A program made the position numbers and the translations under genes. A DNA stretch of 64,000 nt from assembly GCF_009914755.1 (NCBI RefSeq), contig NC_060947.1; one strand, 5' to 3'. The DNA is from the human T2T-CHM13v2.0 reference genome, Homo sapiens. Positions 51,366-64,000 of this stretch are shown here, one piece after another. Each line of letters opens with the position of its first letter. Position 1 is the stretch's first letter. A model generated the notes under the pieces. It was not told the origin of the DNA, ran no database searches, and saw only the letters and a list, made by a program, of their open reading frames with translations.

Positions 51366-51741
51366 AGCTACCAAAGTTTTAAACGTGTATATTCATTTAC
51401 TGATCAAGTCTACTTCTAGAAACTTATCAAAATTATAATGAGATATACGAAAGATGTTTATATAAGGATATTTGTCACAGAGTTCCTTTTAATAGTGAAA
51501 AACTAAAAATAACTTCAATGTCACAATAGAAGGGTGGTTAAGTAAATTATGTTATGTGCATAGAATGGAATATTATGCAGCCGTTAAAAATGACATAGAC
51601 GAAAGAATGGTGAAAACAGGAAAATACAATATATGGCAAAATGAAAATGTATGTTAAAAAGCAATACGCATAAAACAATACTATCTTGCAAACAAAATAT
51701 ATGCATGTGAAAAGAAAAGACTGGTAACACAGAAACAGTTA

Positions 51742-52098
<357 letters not shown>

Positions 52099-53665
52099 TC
52101 ACTGACAGTCAGTCTCTCAGCTCAGAGATATTTATATTTTTTGGCGTATTTCCTTCTAATCTTCTATTAACAGGTAAACATTCATAATTTTTAAAAAATT
52201 GAGATCATATTATAAATGCAGATTTGTACCATGAAGTATTTACTTAATATTATATGCTGTGAACATTTTCTCATTGTTAATTTTTTTTCTAAAACATAAC
52301 TACTGGCAATATTCCATCATATACGTGTACTATGATTTATTTAAATATTCCATATTGTTGGGATTTTTTACTATTTAGGTGATGTTTCATGTAAAAATTT
52401 AAAACATTACAGAGAAAAGCTTAAATCTCCTTCGATCACCACCTCAATCCTAGTCCCCTCCTCCCTTCCAAGAACATACTCATGTGTTAAAATTAATTTC
52501 TAAAACAGAAAGAATAAAGAAAAGAATGGTGAAGTATAAGCAGTAATACATGAAGTTGCCGGCATTAAAATAGCTACTCATATTTAAAAGAAAAGAAAAA
52601 ATGATGCACCAAAAATCCTTCTACAGTAATTTGTAAAAATCTGTTCATCTCCTTTAGCTAAACCCTCAGAGAAGTAGAACTACTGGGTCAAAGGGTATGA
52701 CCCTTTAAAGTCCATATTACTTGTTGCCAAACTGCTTCCCAGACAGACCGTATGAATTTGCATGCCTGCCCATCCGCAGCATATGAGAGTGCCTGTCTCA
52801 TTGCACTCTCACCATGCAGTATAATTCTAAAAACAGAATATTTTTCAATTCACTTTGATTTTAAAAATATCTGCCATATGGAACATTTTTCCTTTTTTTG
52901 TGGAGTGGGGTAGATGCTGTGAAATCAAACAATAACAATGTGTCACAAGTCTTAAAAGGATGAGGACAGCTATTCATTAGAGGATAAGTACCAGCATGCC
53001 ACCTTAATATTCTATGCATATGCTTTCCACGAGGGCACCTGGGAGACAGGGTTCATGGTTCACCTTTCTCAGGAGGCCGTATCAGGCAAGGGCATCACAT
53101 GACTTCCTCTCTCCCCATCCCCCACCCACAGCATACCCAGTACAGGACTGAATATAAGATGACAAAAACTTGCTAACATAAACATACATATGAACTGAAA
53201 AATGTACTCTTCTAGTGAGAGAAACATGCTAAATGCAGAGGCCACAATGTGACTGCTTGAGTCTGAGCCCCAGGCCCAGTGATCAGGCAGAAAAGAGCTA
53301 ACTTTGTTAACAACCTGCTGTGAGAGGCAGGAGACAAGTCAAGGTACTGCCTTGACCCTCAGTTTCTCCATATGTGAATGGGAAGGGAACTGGAAAAGAA
53401 TAATCCAGATGGAGAAAAAACAGCACTCACAACTCTTCCTCACCATCTTGCTCCTAACTACTCCTAGTTCTATCGGGTCTCCCCAGAACTCCAGCTGTGC
53501 CAGCACACGTCGCCTCTGCTCTCTTCCCACTATCCCCACCCTCACCCCACCCCCAAATAGTTATAGCTCACATGTGCACAAACCCATTTCTCCTTAGCTC
53601 AACTAAAACAGGCTGGAATTTTTCAAAATGAAATCCATTAAGAAGCCTAAGGGAAAACACAGCTA

Positions 53666-54136
<471 letters not shown>

Positions 54137-54461
54137 CTAAAGGCTAGCCACAGATTGGTGCTCTACTGGCACAGCTTCTTAGTCTTACAAGTCCTGGGTC
54201 CCTTTTTCTTACTCTGTCTAGCTTGGATGCTGACTCAAGCTACCTGGGTACCAAACCTGAGAACCATTTAGGTAGGCACTGCTGTTGATCTGGTGGGCTC
54301 CCACTCCCTCCTAGTACTTGCATCATAGTCTTCTTTCTCACTGTGAGATCCCAGGATATCTCCTCCTCTGGCCCTGGGATGGTTCTGCTTCAAATCATGA
54401 AGCCACCCTGGCTCCTAGATAATGTAGCACTTCATCTCTGTACCAAAGATCCTTATCCTGA

Positions 54462-55427
<966 letters not shown>

Positions 55428-55707
55428 TCTGTGCTTTCATTGCTTCAGAAAAAAATGTGTTGGTGACCACCTCCCCCAAAAAAGTAAAAAACCATCCTCC
55501 TGGGAACAATACAGCAGGACCTTGGTAACAAATCCTTCCTGAAATGTGACCAAATGCAGTGAAGGACAAAGTCTATGACTTTAGACTGTTGCTAGACCTG
55601 CATTACTAAATTCACGGGGTAGTCATGATCTCAGATTCAGGATCTCAGAGAGAAAAGGCTAGAAGTGATTATTAATCTGCAACTACTATTATGATTCCAT
55701 TCTCTTA

Positions 55708-55956
<249 letters not shown>

Positions 55957-58659
55957 CTACCCTATATTGATCTCCAATTGTTACCAGTATGTCAATCTGG
56001 CCCCCACAACAGAATCAGCAGCACCTCAAGGGCAGGGACCATGTTTCTTCTCTTGAATTACCCCAAACCCCTAACATATGGCTTTACCCATAGTAGGAGC
56101 TCAACAAATAATTGACTGCTGCCACCTATAACATACAGAAGACACGCTTGAGGACACTCTCTTACCCCCAAGTCCAATCTATCCTATCAACCCACTGGGA
56201 GCTACATTTCCTCTACCTCAGGAAAGGTTCACACCTGCTAAGAATAGGGAAGCAACTGAACCTGGATTTCTAAGCAACACAGGTTGATCTCACTCTGGGA
56301 ATGTCCAGGGCTTCTCATAACCACTGATCTGGCATTCAAGCTGAGCTTGATGAAGAGGGAGAAAAGATGAGGACCAACCAGAAAGCAGGTTCACAGTGTC
56401 AGACAGAGAGTATCTCAGCATGCTTCAAGACCAGTGAAAACCTTCAGGGCTGTTGACTGACTCTGCAACATCCATTCCTCTGGTCTCCTCAATTAGCTCA
56501 GCTAATAAGTGACTAATGACCATCAGCAAGAAAATAAGAAAATCGTTTATCCTTAGTACCCCTTCCCAACATCATGTTCACTCCCCTCTTTCCTCATAAT
56601 GCATCTGGCAAGCTATTTCTCTTCCTCTCTGAATATCCCAACTCTACTCATCTTTCAGGTGCCAGAGACATCAATATCATTGTCATCATTGCAACTATAA
56701 TTTATTGAGGGCTCTCCATAAGACAGGCACTGCACTAAGCTCTTCATCTACATTATCCCATCCAATTCTCACACTAAATCTATGAAATAGATCCTACTAT
56801 ACCCATTTGATAGATGAAGAATCTGAGACTTAGAGAATTCTTACCTCCTCCAAAAGGCTTATGCTAAGCTGCACTAATCTCTCTCTTCTCTACTCCCTGT
56901 GGTCCTCACTTCCAGAGCCTTGCATTATTTCCTAGCTATTTCTCAGTATGTTGATGGCATCTCCCTCAACTGGACTTCCTAAGAGCAAGGACCTAGTCTT
57001 ATTGGACTGGGAATGCTCCGGTTTGAATTCTGGCTCTACCAGCTCCTAGTTGGGTGACTTAGTTAACTTCAGTCTCCTTATCGATAAAATGAGGATAATA
57101 ACAGTGCTTGATGAGGTCATTGTGTGGATCAAACGCACTAGTATAAATAAAGTGCTTAGAACTGCACTTGACACACAGTAAATACTAAACACTAAGTAAA
57201 ATGTTAGCTATTAACATTAACACCATGATTCTGTATCTCCCAGAGCTTTAATACAAGTAAGGGAACAAAGAAGCTATCAATAAATACTTGTTGATCTGAA
57301 CTGAATTTCAAACAAAATAAATAGGAATATGTAAGGAGAGTTATCGCTGACCTATTTTTATCCTCCTCCTCCTGAGGCACATTTCTCCTTGAAAACAGAG
57401 TTTTCACTTGGAGGCAGACTATAAGTGGATGAGCAAGGAGCAGAGAGAGAGCAGAGAAAGTAAGCTAAGAAAAACGCTTACCTCATCAGCATGGGAAGTA
57501 AGCAAGCTACTGGCCATTCAAAGCAAACGTTTAACTCCTGGTTATATATTCTCTGCAGTTTCGGAACAACCCCCATGAGGTCTTCCCCTAGCTCCCTGCC
57601 ACACACACAACTTCATGGGGGGACACAAGCCAAGTTTTATATTAGACTAAGCAGTTTTTGATGAAGGTGCACATATGTACTGAACCTGAAGGATGATTTT
57701 CGTGACTTTTGTGTTTGCTTGCTTGCTTATTTTTAACAAAATCCTTCATCTTAAGTTGCTTTTTTAATGATTTACTTCCTTCTCCTAAAAGCCAAGGGTT
57801 GGGGGAAAACTGGAGAACTGAAGGATCTGGCAGCTGAGTTCAGGGTAATTAAGGTTCTTACATATCACTAGCTTGTGGATTACCCTATTTTCCACTACTC
57901 CTTTTCACTGGTACAGATTAACCAAAAAGGGAATTCAGAAGCAAAAATCACCTCCACTTATCAGGAACCCAAAGGATGCAGGAAAAGCATGAGGCTTCAT
58001 TTCATGAACAAGCCAAGTGAAATTACCACACTAACAGCAAATAGGAATCTTCCTGGCCACTGCCCATCACTAAGATCATTCTTGAAAACAAAGAAGTAAT
58101 GTCTCCAGGACGCAAACTGCCCTGGATGTATAGTCTCCAATCAAAAGCCTTAAAAATCAGATGTATCTGATTGGCCACCAAAGAGAGCTTAATTTTTTTA
58201 TTAAAGGGAAAACATACAGAGTGAGTAGAGCAACAGCAAAAAATTCTAAATTAATGCTGCCCCGCTGCACAGAAGGACCCGAGCTTAACTAAGTCCAGTT
58301 CCAACACCTGCTTGTAGGCCAGACAAAGGACAACTTAGATTTGAATTACGCTATGCCATCAAGGATAAAGGTCTCTGTAATCTCCACACAGAGCATCTTC
58401 TGCACCTGCTAAAACAATCCACTCTGTATGTCAACAAGTACACAACAGGCCTATTGTATTGTTCTCCTCCAGAGATGAGGCTATTGGCAGCCAGTCGTCT
58501 CTAGTGAGTGGGTGTGGCTGGGAAGCCAGATGTGGGACTAGCAGGCCTTTCTACTCTGAGTAAGGGGAAACTTCGAGCGCCAGCCACTAAGACTATTGTG
58601 AACTACAACCCATAGTGTTTGTCTTCAAAAGTTATGATAAAAAATACCCCCACCGGGGG

Positions 58660-58980
58660 TATTGGGAAGGGAGGATTGGGAAGATGTTTGTCAAAGGACA
58701 TAAAATTTCAGTAAGGAAGAATAAGTTCATGAGATCTATTGCCCAACATGCGGACTATGGTTAATAACACTATATTGTATACCAGAAAATTGCTAGGAGA
58801 GTAGATTTTAAGCGTTCTCACCATTAAAAAAATAAGTATGTAAGGTAATACATATGTTAATTAGCTTGATTTAACTATTCCAAATGTATAGATGTATCAA
58901 AACATCATATTGTATACATATATATCTTTGTATATATATCTTTATATATATATATAAAATATTTGTCAATTTAAAAAATA
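58660..58980 (+). mobile_element. L1MA/MB 3'-end fragment
   Basis: aaattgctaggagagtagattttaagcgttctcacca...gttaattagcttgattt. Confidence 0.85.
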
Positions 58981-59145
58981 CTTCAAAAATATCACCCTAG
59001 ACTAATCCCATAATTGCTATAAGCTGGAAGTCTGTCTCTGACAAGAATAAGCTACGTGAAAGTTTGGTGGTAATTCCCAATATAGACCTCCAAAGTCAGG
59101 AGTATCCTCAAACATCACTAATTTGTCTTAGATAAAGATTAGATC

Positions 59146-59771
<626 letters not shown>

Positions 59772-60744
59772 TCAGATCTGTCATCCACGAATATAAGCTA
59801 ATTGTTTCTGAAACTCCCTATATCACTCCATGGAATAATAATATCCATATACTTCTTAAAACAGAACTCTCCTGTATTCAAAGTACCAAGAGGCCTTTCT
59901 CCTTCCTGGGGATTAGAGTTCCTTTTCTCCCTTGTGAATTTTATAAATGCAACCATGTCCCAACTAAGTCTTCATTTCTGCCACCTGAAGAGACATCATC
60001 ATTTTAAACCATCCTCTACTGACTTCTTGACTGTCCTCAGGCTACCATAGCTGGACTAGACAACTGGACTCCCACATGTCCCCTCAGGCGGCACGGTGGT
60101 ACTGACCAGCAGTAACCATCAGTGCCAGGCTGGGCTCATGTGTCGTGTCCCATCCCCCATCCCTAGCATGCTAGTTCACTGGAGGGATGATGATAATGAC
60201 ACAGACTTCAATTCACATGAAAACACTCAGAAGAGATTCATGAGTAGAATGGGTAAGAATCTAGACAGAGAGCTATGCCTTACGGATTGGCAGCTTGGAT
60301 TGGTGTTCTGTACAATACACTGCTTCTAAGTCTCCCTAACAGCTTTCTTGCTATGTTTTTTGGTTTGTTTGTTCTTTTATCAATGTAATCAGTCAGCCAA
60401 CAAGTACTTGTTGGACTAACAAATGAAGAACAAGGGAAATAGGAGTTAATTTTGTTGGGGAAAACATAACTGAAATATGAAACAGCTAAAGAATAAGATG
60501 ACCGATAATCAAGTGTTAGAATGGTGACTCAGCCTCTAAGGGCTGTAAGTGGTCAGGGAAGAGCTCTGTAGGGGAGCTGCTGGCTGCTTGAAACTGCTCC
60601 AGTAGCAGCTGGTAAGTATGGCTTTAAGGAAGAAGGCCCAAGGATCAGAGCCCCATGATACTCTTTGGTCACACATGGGAGAAATAAGCCTTTGCTATAA
60701 TACCTCCCTGATATGGATGGCCATCTGTCCTCTTACTACCTACC

Positions 60745-61102
60745 TGCTACTTACTGAATGTCTGTATCCCTGCAAAATTCATATGTTGAAATCTTAACAT
60801 CCAATGTGATGGATTTTGGAGGTGGGGCCTTTGGGGGGTGATTAGGTCACCTAAGGCTCCACCCTCATGAATGGGATTAGCATCCTTATAAAAGAAATCC
60901 TGGCAAGCTCCCTTGCCCCTTTGGCAAGGGAGAGAAGACAGCCATCTATGAACCAGAAAGCAGGCCTTCATCAGTCACCAAACCTGCAGGCATCTTGATC
61001 TTGTACTTGCCAGCCTCCAGAACTATGAGACACAAATTTCTGTTGTTTATAAGCCACCCAGTCGATGGTAGTTTCTTACAGCAGCCAGAACAGACTAAGA
61101 CA
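60745..61102 (+). mobile_element. MaLR solo LTR (MLT1A/MST-type)
   Basis: tgctac...aaaattcatatgttgaaatc...gccagcctccagaactatgaga...cagactaagaca. Confidence 0.85.
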
Positions 61103-61940
61103 CTACCTCTAGAAGACAATAAACATGTAGAACCACCCATTAAGACTGTTTCAAGATTCTTCTGATGACCCTCAGAGTCTGCTGAGAGGGGAAGTTTCCC
61201 TTAACACTAAAAACATAATTTACAATCAGCCTCCAGATTTACTTCTATGTGAAGGTCAGAGAAAAATGCACAACCCTCTTTTGCTCCAGTAGCAATAAAG
61301 AAAATTAACCAAACAGGGACACTTTCAATTCTGAAGTGAGAAGCCATCCTCTCATCAAAATCTCTATCCAGGTAAACCCGCTCAGTAGTTTCCAAATTTC
61401 AGTTATAATAACAAAGTTCAAATTTCAGTTACAATATACCCCTGCTCGAGAACTTAGAACCATTCACTGCTGCCTATTATATTATGCCCCAAACTCCACA
61501 GGTCAGTATTCCAAGGCTCTCCATTAACTGGCCTTATCTAATCATCATCATAGGGGCCCTGTCTTCCCCACTCCATTCCAGAAACATCCCACTAATTAAT
61601 TACCCTGAATTAGCTAGCTTCTTGCTACTGCAAATAGCCTAAGGTACCTCCTTTGTTCTTAAGCACAATACCAGCACCAGCATCTCTGAGGAGAAAGATT
61701 TAGGAGTCTCTTCTTTCCCTCAATAACATCTCAACTGATGTCAGCATGTTGGGGAACATCCCTGTTCTCTGGGCTTGCTTTTCCCAAAACAGAGGATCAC
61801 TATATTTAATTAAGACTCATCCTCAAAAGATGGGAGAGGCATTCAGTGGAGACTGAAAATGTGAAACTCATTACCACAAAAGGAAATAGAGGCTGAAAAT
61901 GTAGAGAAATTCTGAATGACAGAACCATAAAGAATTATTA

Positions 61941-62673
<733 letters not shown>

Positions 62674-62800
62674 TTAAGTTTAGCTAAGTACTGTAACAGA
62701 TTGATACCAAAGAGGCAACTATGCCTTTCTAAAACTCATTTGGTTAGTCAAGTCACAGACAGAATCCGAAGCTAGATAAAGCCAAGACTGACCTCCATAG

Positions 62801-63394
<594 letters not shown>

Positions 63395-64000
63395 TAAGTA
63401 ACAATGTACAGAGCACACATTGCTTGATTTTTCTCCAAGCCATCCTCATCTTGGCAGCAGGGACCAGGAGTGGCCACAGCAGTGATGATCCCTTGTTAAC
63501 TCACAAAGCTCCTGATAGGCTTCCCTGTTCCTGCAAGGCTACCAGAAATGCCATGCTGCAATACCATCAGTTCTCTGCAAAGATGCCTTCATTTTCTAGG
63601 AGCATAAGCTTGGGAGACCCAAAGAGCCTAGATGCCACTGGGTAACACACACACTAGCTCGCAAGAATCTGGAATATGCTGGCCTAGTATTTGGTACTAT
63701 GTACACTTTACTAAAGCATGTGTGTTTGAATATCTTCAGGATTCCATAGCCAAAGGGTAACAATGAACAATGAGATAAAATGTCGAAATTAGAAGAAAAA
63801 GCCCTGAGTCAGTATAGAGACGTTGGCTGGTCAACTCATCTTGATAAAGGAAACTCACTTCTGTGGGCCTGGTTTCCTCACCCCACACAAGGAGGGAGAT
63901 AGTCTCCAAAGCCCTTTCCAGATCTACCATCCTATGATTCTGTGGGTCAAGATTGTTAAATTTTAAGTACATCTAGAATGTTTTAATTCAGCAACACTTA

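Noticed and set aside
57571-57622. Imperfect 11-bp inverted repeat ccccatgaggt / acttcatgggg
   Set aside because: Within chance expectation for 64 kb and too short for a pre-miRNA stem.

Overview
This is primate DNA, and a human-specific AluYb8 makes it almost certainly human. The gene pair corresponds to Xq26.1 (from memory, not from a search). The window holds two convergent genes. SASH3 (+ strand) is complete: 8 coding exons, 6893-20609, splicing to 1143 nt (380 aa, SH3 plus SAM lymphocyte adaptor), with a poly(A) signal at 21957. ZDHHC9 (- strand) contributes its last 8 coding exons (55921 down to 33146, 928 nt) plus an approximately 3 kb 3'UTR; its first coding exon lies beyond the right edge. 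The rest is intronic or intergenic DNA rich in Alu, L1, MIR, MaLR LTR and DNA-transposon relics. I found no convincing new gene or biological system. The most notable observations are: (1) a U12-type AT-AC minor-spliceosome intron in ZDHHC9; (2) an old inverted duplication of about 0.5 kb, mostly non-repeat sequence, bracketing SASH3 exons 5-8; (3) an AT-rich fold-back palindrome with perfect 54-bp arms next to a local 150-bp duplication in SASH3 intron 1; (4) a tailless 5' fragment of 7SK RNA; (5) a nested L1/Alu quasi-palindrome built by repeated insertion at the same target sites; (6) a stop-free 150-nt SASH3 intron inside the SH3 domain. Exon boundaries were checked by hand for splice signals and phase. 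Repeat boundaries and subfamily names are approximate, from remembered consensus sequences.
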